Virus record (IMG/VR): IMGVR_UViG_3300025126_000012
Direction: 5' to 3' (one strand)
DNA: 64,000 bases
Source of the DNA: an uncultured virus (IMG/VR IMGVR_UViG_3300025126_000012)
Lineage: Duplodnaviria > Heunggongvirae > Uroviricota > Caudoviricetes
Shown here: one piece after another, positions 1-7,890 of the stretch
How the letters are laid out: each line of letters begins with the position of its first letter
How positions within the stretch are numbered: the stretch's first letter is position 1
Notes under the pieces: generated by a model
The model's database searches: none
What the model saw: the letters and a program-made list of their open reading frames with translations, nothing else
What the model was told of the DNA's origin: nothing
Made by a program: the position numbers and the translations under genes

Positions 1-1
1 C

Positions 2-169
2 ATTGCAATGGTTGCGATTATCTCTGTGGTTCTTGCTCTGCCTGTGATGTGGGTGTGGAATGCGGCATTTGTTGGTACGATTGACGGTGTACATGAAATT
101 GGATTTTGGAATGCTCTTGGTATCCTATTTCTTTGTTCAATGTTGTTCAAAAATACTAAGGTGGGTTAA
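2..169 (+). CDS. 3' part of a small membrane protein (5'-truncated by the window)
   Basis: Frame 2 reads IAMVAIISVVLALPVMWVWNAAFVG...IGFWNALGILFLCSMLFKNTKVG* with two hydrophobic segments; a terminator follows. Confidence 0.7.
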   Translation: MAMVAIISVVLALPVMWVWNAAFVGTIDGVHEIGFWNALGILFLCSMLFKNTKVG

Positions 170-191
170 CAAATTTTAGGTATGATACAGT

Positions 192-216
192 AAAACCCCA
201 CTTCGGTGGGGTTTTT
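192..216 (+). terminator. Rho-independent terminator with cUUCGg tetraloop
   Basis: AAAACCCCAC-TTCG-GTGGGGTTTTT: perfect stem, UUCG loop, U tract. Confidence 0.9.
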
Positions 217-233
217 AATGTCTATAATAAGTA

Positions 234-312
234 TAAGTATTTGATTTATCTAGGTATTTGACATTTTAATTGATGAGTGATATGATATATATCAGTTAAA
301 CAACATGGTGAA
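234..312 (+). promoter_or_regulatory. Early sigma70-type promoter cassette, copy 1 (diverged)
   Basis: TAAgtatTTGATT 234-246, TTGACA 258-263, TGaTATGAT -10 at 281-286. Confidence 0.75.
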
Positions 313-319
313 AATTGCA

Positions 320-787
320 ATGACACAATCTGAATTGATTCGCAAGTTATATACATTTACCCCAGCTACTCCGTATGGTGAGTTGCTCAAAAAAGAATTT
401 AATGTTGAAGTGCCCGCTTCTGCGGCTGCATATCAACTCGAATATTTGTATAAGTACTGTCTTCAATTGAGCATCGATGAATCTATCGATACGAATGATA
501 TTGTTGCTCTGGCAGCAGATAAAGTATATGAACATGTGGGAAAATATCCGTGGTGTAAAACCAAATATGATACTGTGTTGACTCATATCGAAAAGATGGC
601 AAAAGCTGACTTTAAAGATATGAGAAAAGACAATATCGTTGTGTTTTCAGAAAAATATCAGAAGTATATGTTTTATAAAGATAATGTCGTTGCTTGCCGC
701 TCAAACACAGTAGAAGGTCTGAAAAAAGTCGTTGCTCGTAAATTCGGCTCGGAGTTTGAACTCAATATGAATATGCTAAGTATTTGA
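320..787 (+). CDS. Hypothetical early protein
   Basis: ORF 305..787; ATG at 320 after GGTG fits the cassette layout better than 305. Confidence 0.7.
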   Translation: MTQSELIRKLYTFTPATPYGELLKKEFNVEVPASAAAYQLEYLYKYCLQLSIDESIDTNDIVALAADKVYEHVGKYPWCKTKYDTVLTHIEKMAKADFKDMRKDNIVVFSEKYQKYMFYKDNVVACRSNTVEGLKKVVARKFGSEFELNMNMLSI

Positions 788-860
788 TTCATTTAGGTGT
801 TTGACATTTAATTGAGTCGTGATATAATGTATACATCAATTAAACAATACGGAGAAGAAA
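777..860 (+). promoter_or_regulatory. Early promoter cassette, copy 2
   Basis: TAAgtatTTGATT 777-789, TTGACA 801-806, TGaTATAAT 823-828, inverted repeat TTTAATTGA/TCAATTAAA, SD GGAG. Confidence 0.9.
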
Positions 861-1106
861 ATGTTTACGAACGATATTAAGAAGGGTATGAGGGTTATAC
901 TCGCGAATGGATGGTATGGTACTATGATGGATAACATGAAGGGCAACATTCGAATGGTTAATGTAGAAGGATTCTGTACGGAGATTGGCTCGGTTTATGC
1001 ATGGGACATTTCACAGGTCATCAATCCTGATGGCACCAGTGTTAAAGTTACTCTGACCGAGAAACAATTGAAAACAAAAAAAATGGCTGATGCTTTCACT
1101 GCATGA
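861..1106 (+). CDS. Small hypothetical early protein (possibly SH3/KOW-like beta barrel)
   Basis: Strong SD; 81 aa; starts with the same ATGTTTACGAACGA as the ORF at 4627. Confidence 0.75.
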   Translation: MFTNDIKKGMRVILANGWYGTMMDNMKGNIRMVNVEGFCTEIGSVYAWDISQVINPDGTSVKVTLTEKQLKTKKMADAFTA

Positions 1107-1145
1107 GTATTTTGAATAGAATTTTACTATGATGCCAATCAATAA

Positions 1146-1598
1146 ATGACTAAATTACAAGACAGCAAGAATTCTCAACTTACTGCTAGAAAAGCGAAAG
1201 ATTCTACAACATCTTCCTTATTGACTACAATTATCGGGGAGACTGAAATAATTGGCAAAAATGAGCGCAGAGAAGTCACAGATGATACATTAAAAACATT
1301 AAAGCGGTTTGAAAAGGGTATGATTGACACAATTGGATACATGAATGATAATGGCATGTCATCTACTGCCCCAAGGTTTTTACATACGCTGAATGAACTT
1401 GAAATTGTTAGAACATTCCTTCCGACTAAAATTTCGGCCGGTCAAGTGCTGGACGCCGTCAAATTTATTATTGGGGTATGTGGGCTTAAATTGGAGCAAA
1501 AATCACTGGGTGTTATCACGAAGAAACTCAAAGATAAATACGGTGAACAGTTTGATGGCAAACAAGCAGCTACTCAATTCAAACTTCTGCTATCTTAA
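1146..1598 (+). CDS. GatB/YqeY-domain protein
   Basis: LTARKAKD...LLTTIIGE, ELEIVRTFLP and LGVITKKLKDKYGEQFDGK follow the YqeY pattern. Confidence 0.75.
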   Translation: MTKLQDSKNSQLTARKAKDSTTSSLLTTIIGETEIIGKNERREVTDDTLKTLKRFEKGMIDTIGYMNDNGMSSTAPRFLHTLNELEIVRTFLPTKISAGQVLDAVKFIIGVCGLKLEQKSLGVITKKLKDKYGEQFDGKQAATQFKLLLS

Positions 1599-1955
1599 AT
1601 GGAGAATCTTATCCTCAGACGCATTGCTGAACTTTCTGGCCATAAAATAGAGTTTAAATGTGAAGCAATATTGACTGGAACAGCATGGATTGGAGATATG
1701 CCAATCGATATTACAGTCTGTGGAGGACATGTAAAACTCAATGGGATAGGCGCATTTTCAGGAGATTCACTGAAATTATCAAAAAGCAAATGGAGAGGAA
1801 AAGGAAGATTCAAAGAATTGCGCCCTCATATTAACCAGACGTTGATAGAATTTGGGTTTAAACCAGAACTCTATCTTACTCCTTTATCGCCGGTCTGGAA
1901 GAGAAATTATAATTTAGTAGAAGACGAACGAGGTAACTGGAAAATAACACTTTAA
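1599..1955 (+). CDS. Hypothetical protein
   Basis: 118 aa ORF abutting the upstream stop (TAA ATG). Confidence 0.6.
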   Translation: MENLILRRIAELSGHKIEFKCEAILTGTAWIGDMPIDITVCGGHVKLNGIGAFSGDSLKLSKSKWRGKGRFKELRPHINQTLIEFGFKPELYLTPLSPVWKRNYNLVEDERGNWKITL

Positions 1956-1995
1956 GTTATGTATGATTATTTGAATTCAGCTATTATCAAATAAC

Positions 1996-2003
1996 TATAA
2001 ATA
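1996..2003 (+). promoter_or_regulatory. T4-type late promoter TATAAATA
   Basis: Exact T4 late consensus 30 nt upstream of the ATG at 2034. Confidence 0.6.
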
Positions 2004-2033
2004 ATAACATCAATTAAATAACGCGGGGAAAAA

Positions 2034-2492
2034 ATGACAACAAAAAACTACGAAGTGAAAAAATATGCTGATGCCAAAGAATATTATTTGAATGGCAAAT
2101 TACATCGTAAAGCTGGGCCCGCAATTGAATATGCTAATGGCGCCGAAGAATATTATTTGAATGGCAAATTGCATCGAGACAATGGTCCTGCTGTTAAATA
2201 TGCTAATGGAAACAAATACTGGTATATTCACGACAAATTGCATCGAGACAATGGTCCTGCTGTTAAATATGCTAATGGCACTCAAGCATGGTATAAAAAT
2301 GGCAAATTGCATAGAGACAATGGTCCTGCTGTTGAACATGCTGATGGTGATAAAAAATGGTATAAAAATGGTCAACTTCATCGTGAAGACGGTCCTGCCG
2401 TCGTGCACAATGATGGTACCAAAGAATGGCATCTAGATGGTAAACAGCATACCGAAGCAGAATTCAATGCAAAGATGAATACTGCAAAGTAA
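2034..2492 (+). CDS. HREDGPA 22-aa repeat protein (MORN-like beta-hairpin repeat), paralogue 1
   Basis: Five tandem WY.NGKLHR.DGPA..YANG repeats ending in TEAEFNAKM. Confidence 0.85.
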   Translation: MTTKNYEVKKYADAKEYYLNGKLHRKAGPAIEYANGAEEYYLNGKLHRDNGPAVKYANGNKYWYIHDKLHRDNGPAVKYANGTQAWYKNGKLHRDNGPAVEHADGDKKWYKNGQLHREDGPAVVHNDGTKEWHLDGKQHTEAEFNAKMNTAK

Positions 2493-2541
2493 TTGTCTGT
2501 TGCAGTCATCGAAAAGATATTCGGTTTAAAGTAAAGATTGT

Positions 2542-2622
2542 TAAATAATTGATTTATTTCGGCATTTGACATTTAATTGAGTCGTGATATAATGTATTCC
2601 TCAATTAAACAACACGGTGAAA
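2542..2622 (+). promoter_or_regulatory. Early promoter cassette, copy 3
   Basis: TAAataaTTGATT 2542-2554, TTGACA 2566-2571, TATAAT 2588-2593, inverted repeat TTTAATTGAG/CTCAATTAAA. Confidence 0.9.
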
Positions 2623-2631
2623 TACTCAAAC

Positions 2632-3501
2632 ATGATTAAATTCTATTCAAAAACTGGCCGATATTCTTATATCGTAGATGGCAAAACTCTTGCTACATCT
2701 AACGATAAGAAGAAACTCGAAGCAAAAATTCGAACACTCGGCAAGACTTCAGCAGCTGATGTGGATGATGATGTTTTGCTTGAAGTTAAAAAATCCGAAT
2801 TTACTGTGGCTGAGCGGTTCGACTTCATGACCCAATTCACTAAACTCGCAGCTAAAGGTATTATCCCCAGCCTCGTGGTGACAGGTTCAGGCGGCCTCGG
2901 GAAGTCTTTTACCGTTTTAAATGCACTTCGAGATATGGGATTGACTGAAGATACAATCGGCACTATGGATGGTGACTTCGTGTTTGTGAAGGGTTATACT
3001 ACTCCCCGCAACTTGTACACCACTCTCTTTCATGAAAACGGCAAGGTAATCGTTCTGGATGACCTCGATACAGCTTTTCGTGACCCGATTGGTGCAAGCA
3101 TTTTAAAAGCTGCATTGGATTCTTCCGACCGCCGGATTATCTCCTGGGGGGCAGAATCAAAAGATGATGAGGTGCCTAGTCGTTTTGAATTCACTGGCAA
3201 AATTATTTTCATTTCTAATCTAGAATTGCATAAGTTCCCGCAGGCAATTCTGAGCCGTTCTATAGTATGCGACTTGACTCTCAATGTGGACGAGAAAATA
3301 GAACGAATTGCTCAGATTTTCGATGAAGATGAAAGGTTTGAGTCCGAGGATAAGATAGATGTGTTGAATTTTATCAGGAAGCATGTGAAAATGGCAAAAG
3401 ATTTAAATATCAGAAGTGCCTTGAATATTCTCAAGATGAAAGTTGCACTTGGGGAAGACTGGGAACGGCCTTGTTTATATAACTTTTCTGTAAATGGATG
3501 A
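2632..3501 (+). CDS. AAA+/P-loop ATPase
   Basis: Walker A GSGGLGKS, Walker B VIVLDD, sensor IIFISN, arginine-finger AILSRS; probable start ATG 2632. Confidence 0.85.
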   Translation: MIKFYSKTGRYSYIVDGKTLATSNDKKKLEAKIRTLGKTSAADVDDDVLLEVKKSEFTVAERFDFMTQFTKLAAKGIIPSLVVTGSGGLGKSFTVLNALRDMGLTEDTIGTMDGDFVFVKGYTTPRNLYTTLFHENGKVIVLDDLDTAFRDPIGASILKAALDSSDRRIISWGAESKDDEVPSRFEFTGKIIFISNLELHKFPQAILSRSIVCDLTLNVDEKIERIAQIFDEDERFESEDKIDVLNFIRKHVKMAKDLNIRSALNILKMKVALGEDWERPCLYNFSVNG

Positions 3502-3507
3502 CCTAAC

Positions 3508-3531
3508 TGGGGCTAAGGCATCTTAGCCCCA
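3508..3531. terminator. GC-rich hairpin (possible terminator or recombination boundary)
   Basis: TGGGGCTAAG-GCAT-CTTAGCCCCA, 10-bp perfect stem directly after the ATPase stop. Confidence 0.6.
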
Positions 3532-3693
3532 TTATCTTGATACCGTCGATGGGTGCATATCAACTCAAAACAATGAGACTGGTACAGCATCCTAGACTGT
3601 CTTTTAGATAAGTGATTGATTCATCAAGGTGTTTGACATTTAATTGTGTCGTGATATAATGTATTCCTCAATTAAACAACACGGGGAAATAAA
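3522..3693 (+). repeat. Long intergenic repeat, copy A (includes promoter cassette 4)
   Basis: Aligns by eye with 4455-4626; IHF-like site 3609-3621, TTGACA 3633-3638, TATAAT 3655-3660. Confidence 0.85.
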
Positions 3694-4012
3694 ATGCTTC
3701 CGAACGAAGTTAAGCTCTACGATAATGACGATAAAGAATGGTATCTGAATGGTAACCTCCATCGTGAAGACGGCCCTGCGGTTGAATCTGCAAATGGCGA
3801 TAAAGAATGGTATCTGAACGGCCTGCTGGCCCGGCCTCGGCGGTCCTGCTGCTGAATTTGCCAATGGATGCAAATTCTGGTATCTGAACGGTAGGCGCCA
3901 TCGTGAAGACGGTCCTGCTATTGAATCTGTTCTCGGAACCAAATATTGGTATCTGGATGATGTAGAATACACCGAAGCAGAATTCAATGCAAAGATGAAG
4001 ACTGAAAAGTAA
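3694..4012 (+). pseudogene. HREDGPA repeat protein paralogue 2, frameshifted
   Basis: MLPNEVKLYDNDDKEWYLNGNLHREDGPA... stops at TGA 3853-3855 after a one-base gain in repeat 2; the homologous frame resumes GPAAEFANGCKFWYLNG...TEAEFNAKMKTEK*. Confidence 0.8.
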
Positions 4013-4062
4013 TTGTCCGTTGCTGACATCGAACCGCTGCTTGGGTTTAAAGTGAAGATTGT

Positions 4063-4147
4063 TAAGTGATTGATTTATTTCGGCATTTGACATTTAATTG
4101 AGTCGTGGTATAATGTATACATCAATTAAACAATACGGAGAAATAAA
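4063..4147 (+). promoter_or_regulatory. Early promoter cassette, copy 5
   Basis: TAAgtgaTTGATT 4063-4075, TTGACA 4087-4092, TGgTATAAT 4109-4114, SD GGAG. Confidence 0.9.
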
Positions 4148-4426
4148 ATGAAAATATCGATGGATAACAAGGCTCACTTTTTTGTTGGATACTGCATTTC
4201 TATTACGGTGGCACTCGGCCTGATTGTGGGAGGCATCACAAGTATGCAGATGGCGGCACTCCTTGGACTGTTGGCGGCGGCGAACGTCGGGATACTCAAA
4301 GAAGTGTGGGATATCCTCCACCCTGCTAGCCGCCGGGCAGATTTACGGGATGAGGTCAGTACGTTATTAGGCGGCGCTCTTGCGGGTGTGGTAGTGACCG
4401 GAATGGCTATGATGGTTACTCCATGA
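4148..4426 (+). CDS. Small membrane protein (DKxxHF...KExxD, VanZ/YfiM-like pattern), GC-richer than neighbours
   Basis: DNKAHFFVG, GILKEVWD, DLRD...LLGG; three hydrophobic stretches. Confidence 0.7.
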   Translation: MKISMDNKAHFFVGYCISITVALGLIVGGITSMQMAALLGLLAAANVGILKEVWDILHPASRRADLRDEVSTLLGGALAGVVVTGMAMMVTP

Positions 4427-4454
4427 ACTTATTGACCGTACTCTCCCGCGGCGG

Positions 4455-4626
4455 CTTAGCCCCATTATCTTGACACAGTCGATATGCACCCATCAACTCA
4501 AAAACAACAAGAATGGTGCAGCATCCTAGACGGTCGTTTAGATAAATGCTTGATTCATTAAGGCATTTGACATTTAATTGAGTCGTGGTATAATGTATAC
4601 ATCAATTAAACAACACGGAGAAGAAA
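4455..4626 (+). repeat. Long intergenic repeat, copy B (includes promoter cassette 6)
   Basis: Starts at the right arm CTTAGCCCCA of the hairpin; IHF-like site 4543-4555, TTGACA 4567-4572, TATAAT 4589-4594. Confidence 0.85.
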
Positions 4627-5232
4627 ATGTTTACGAACGAAGTCGAGGTTCAGGTTAATGCTAATGGCGACAAACTCTGGTACTTGAATGGGGAACTTCA
4701 TCGTGAAGACGGCCCTGCCATTGAAAAAGTTAATGGAGACAATTACTGGTACCTGAATGGTGAATTGCATCGTGAAGACGGCCCGGCGATTGAATATGCT
4801 AATGGGGACAAATACTGGGGTTTGAATGGACAATATCACCGTGAAGACGGCCCGGCGATTGAATATGCTAATGGAGACAAAATCTGGTATCTGAACGGTA
4901 AATGCCATCGTGAAGACGGCCCAGCGATTGAATATGCTGATGGTTACAAAAGTTGGTATCTGAACGGTAAATGCCATCGTGAAGACGGCCCAGCGATTGA
5001 ATGTGCTAATGGGGACAAAAGTTGGTATCTGAACGGTAAATGCCATCGTGAAGACGGCCCGGCGATTGAATGTGCTAATGGGGACAAAATCTGGTATCTG
5101 AACGGTAAATGCCATCGTGAAGACGGCCCTGCAGTTGAATATATCAATGGAGATAAATTCTGGTATCTGAATGGTGTAAGATATACAGAAGCAGAATTCA
5201 ATGCAAAGATGCATCCTGTAATAGATGTTTGA
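4627..5232 (+). CDS. HREDGPA repeat protein, paralogue 3
   Basis: Seven near-identical 66-bp repeats encoding WYLNG..HREDGPAIE.ANGDK. Confidence 0.9.
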   Translation: MFTNEVEVQVNANGDKLWYLNGELHREDGPAIEKVNGDNYWYLNGELHREDGPAIEYANGDKYWGLNGQYHREDGPAIEYANGDKIWYLNGKCHREDGPAIEYADGYKSWYLNGKCHREDGPAIECANGDKSWYLNGKCHREDGPAIECANGDKIWYLNGKCHREDGPAVEYINGDKFWYLNGVRYTEAEFNAKMHPVIDV

Positions 5233-5320
5233 CGTTTACATGATATTACCAATCTTATTAATCGAGCAAAAGAAGCACATATCGACATTCACGGTAATCT
5301 GATTTAAGGAAATATACATC

Positions 5321-6418
5321 ATGCAAAATTTAATTCGCTGGCCTTCTATTGAGCAATTTCGTAATGTTGTAAAAAACGTACAGCATAAAGTTCGCTTCAG
5401 TGGGCTTGATGATAATGGGAATGCAATTTTCGATACATCTGCTAAGCTTCCTACACTGCATTTTGAGGGCACCGTAAAATTACACGGGACAAATTCCTCT
5501 GTTGCGCAGTCGCATGATGGCGATATGTGGTATCAATCCCGCGAAAATATCATCACACCAGAAAGAGATAATGCTGGATTTGCCATGTTTGCAATTGCGA
5601 ACGAATTTGCGTTTCGAGATTTAATGTGTACAGCTAGATGTATTGCTCGCGATGCAATCGCAGATTCTCTGAAACAAGATATTGTTGTTTGGGGAGAATG
5701 GTGTGGGAAGGGCATCCAAAAAGGTGTTGCTATTTCTGAACTGCCAAAAATGTTTGTTATCTTTGGTGTGGCATTTGTTGACGAGGAAGGCAATAAGACA
5801 TATTTTACACGTCAACAAATTGTTGATACAATCGATGGATGCCGTGAATATGTATTGAGGCCAACTGGAAAGATTCCTGAGGAATCTTGCATATATTGTA
5901 TATATGACTTTCCTTGCTTTCAACTTGATATTGATTTTGAAAATCCTCATGCAGTCCAAAATAAACTCAATCAATTAACTCTATCAGTAGAAGAAGAATG
6001 CCCTGTTGGTGCGGCATTTGGTGTCAACGCGACAGGAGAGGGAATCGTTTGGAGATGCACCGACGAAAATTATAATAATTCTGGTTTTTGGTTCAAAGTA
6101 AAAGGAGAGAAACACAGCAATAGCAAAGTAAAAATACTCGCCACAATTGATGTAGAAAAAATTAATAATTTGAAGGATTTGGCTGCTAGACTTGCCCATA
6201 ATGGGCGCCTTGAACAAGCTGCGCAAATTATATTTGACACGTTGAATGGCGGGGAAGTTGATATAAAGAAAACAGGCGACATGATTCGCTGGGTAATGTC
6301 TGATATTATAAAAGAAGATGTCAATATTATTGCAGCCTCTGGTTTTACATTCAAAGAACTCGGGCCGTCTGTTGCAAAGAGGGTACGAGATTTTGTCATG
6401 AAGAAAATGGAGATGTGA
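5321..6418 (+). CDS. RNA ligase, Rnl2-like
   Basis: Motif I KLHGTN, motif III VWGEW, motif IV EGIV, motif V FKVK; SD AAGGA. Confidence 0.85.
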   Translation: MQNLIRWPSIEQFRNVVKNVQHKVRFSGLDDNGNAIFDTSAKLPTLHFEGTVKLHGTNSSVAQSHDGDMWYQSRENIITPERDNAGFAMFAIANEFAFRDLMCTARCIARDAIADSLKQDIVVWGEWCGKGIQKGVAISELPKMFVIFGVAFVDEEGNKTYFTRQQIVDTIDGCREYVLRPTGKIPEESCIYCIYDFPCFQLDIDFENPHAVQNKLNQLTLSVEEECPVGAAFGVNATGEGIVWRCTDENYNNSGFWFKVKGEKHSNSKVKILATIDVEKINNLKDLAARLAHNGRLEQAAQIIFDTLNGGEVDIKKTGDMIRWVMSDIIKEDVNIIAASGFTFKELGPSVAKRVRDFVMKKMEM

Positions 6419-6475
6419 ATGCCACTCGCTTCATCAGAGTATTCTATCACACGAAAATAATTTATAAGGGCAATT

Positions 6476-6670
6476 ATGGAAAATTACAAATTCATCAAAT
6501 CTGAATCAATGTATGACCCAGGAATGATTTTCTATCATCTTGAGAGAGATGCATTTGAAAAACAAATTGGCGGGGTTAGATTCATTGAAGTAACGGCCGA
6601 TTTTAAAACAGCTCAATTTGTAAGAGCAGACAGTCTGAAACCTGTCGGATTTGTGATGAAACAATACTAA
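6476..6670 (+). CDS. Hypothetical protein
   Basis: 64 aa, SD AAGGGG. Confidence 0.65.
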   Translation: MENYKFIKSESMYDPGMIFYHLERDAFEKQIGGVRFIEVTADFKTAQFVRADSLKPVGFVMKQY

Positions 6671-6686
6671 TTTAGGAGAATTTGAA

Positions 6687-7067
6687 ATGCAACGCAATTG
6701 TGTTTGTGGAAAGAAAGAAAAGCCTGCTGTAGTTACTGTACTCAGATATTATAGGCGCTGGGATGACAAGCACAATCAATATTCCTCATCCGGCGGCATG
6801 ACTGCCATCTGTGAACTCAATTATGACACTATGACATTGACTTTTTACCCCTCGTTTTGCTCAGACAAAGATAACTTCTCAAAGCAGACTGGTGCAACCG
6901 TAGCAGCCGCTAATAAAGTAAGGAATATTGGATATGCATGTCCTTTGAATAGGAAACATTCTATTTTCGATAACATCATATACAATATCGATAACAATAC
7001 CTTGCAACCTACCAGTACAGCAGCCAAGGCTAAAATGAAACACCTCTATAATTGGATTGATGAATGA
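6687..7067 (+). CDS. Hypothetical protein
   Basis: SD AGGAG; GGMTA...CSDKDNFSK motif seen in phage hypothetical proteins. Confidence 0.7.
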   Translation: MQRNCVCGKKEKPAVVTVLRYYRRWDDKHNQYSSSGGMTAICELNYDTMTLTFYPSFCSDKDNFSKQTGATVAAANKVRNIGYACPLNRKHSIFDNIIYNIDNNTLQPTSTAAKAKMKHLYNWIDE

Positions 7068-7315
7068 TGAAAACGCGAGAAGAACTTGAGGCACAATTCT
7101 TAAATGGAGAAAAGTTTTATATGATGGTCAATGACATCAGTATATCAAATCATATTCCATATATGGAATCTATCATGTATGTGTGTGATAATAATGGTAT
7201 AGACCCTGAGGATTTGGTTAAATTGCAACTCATATCTCCTCTACTCAAATGCAAATTAGAGGAGGAATCTATTGCCGCTGGGTTATTGAAAGAAACATCT
7301 AAATTGCCAATATGA
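7064..7315 (+). CDS. 33: Late-promoter transcription co-activator gp33
   Basis: YMESIMYVCDNNGIDPE...LISPLLKCKLEEE...GLLK; 33-59-32 synteny. Confidence 0.85.
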   Translation: MMKTREELEAQFLNGEKFYMMVNDISISNHIPYMESIMYVCDNNGIDPEDLVKLQLISPLLKCKLEEESIAAGLLKETSKLPI

Positions 7316-7316
7316 A

Positions 7317-7886
7317 ATGCCTATTCAGCCATACAAATTTTATAAAATATACTCAGCAGTAAATTTACATTTTACTTCTTCTTATGATTTAAATAAATAT
7401 AAGGGAAAGTCTAAAACGATTTCTAGTATTTCATTTGATAACAGAAGAGACAAACATAGATTTTCATATTTTGCTCGGCACATCGAATCATCTAAAGATG
7501 CTCTTAAATTCTGTGTCTTCAATTTTTTAGACAACACAGACTGGTTATATAATAATTATACTGAAGCAAATGATAAATACTTTGAGAAAATTAAATTTTA
7601 TTCTACTTTCACTAAGAACATAACAAATGATTTTTCCACCATCCAAACAATTAGAGACAGTAAGACGGTATCGTTCAAGTCATTTTTTGAAGAAACTAGA
7701 ACAGGAAACCCTCCGCCGATTCTTCAGTTATTTTGGGAAAATTCTATTAGTATTGAGTTCATTTGCCTCTGTAATATCACTTATCCTTATATGCGCAAGT
7801 TAAGTGACTCGATAGACCCATTAGTAAGAGAAGAAGTTAGAAAAATTTGCAATTATTCACCATTTGTGTTATCATTTAGGAAATAG
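7317..7886 (+). CDS. 59: Helicase loader gp59-like
   Basis: YKIYSAVNLHFTSSYD..KYKGK...F..RRDK..F N-terminus; synteny. Confidence 0.8.
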   Translation: MPIQPYKFYKIYSAVNLHFTSSYDLNKYKGKSKTISSISFDNRRDKHRFSYFARHIESSKDALKFCVFNFLDNTDWLYNNYTEANDKYFEKIKFYSTFTKNITNDFSTIQTIRDSKTVSFKSFFEETRTGNPPPILQLFWENSISIEFICLCNITYPYMRKLSDSIDPLVREEVRKICNYSPFVLSFRK

Positions 7887-7890
7887 AGAA

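Noticed and set aside
234..4626. Repeated ~80-bp units as a CRISPR array or integron attC array
   Set aside because: The repeats are promoter and SD sequences separated by whole genes at irregular spacing; no cas or integrase gene in the window
4606..5214. Long antisense ORFs (also 35244-35939, 36606-37289, 47121-47870, 60135-60731)
   Set aside because: Shadows of repetitive or codon-biased sense genes, with no recognisable motifs
2490..5232. Stop-codon reassignment suggested by stops at similar positions in the repeat genes
   Set aside because: TAA, TAG and TGA all end genes at plausible positions elsewhere, and conserved structural genes read intact in the standard code
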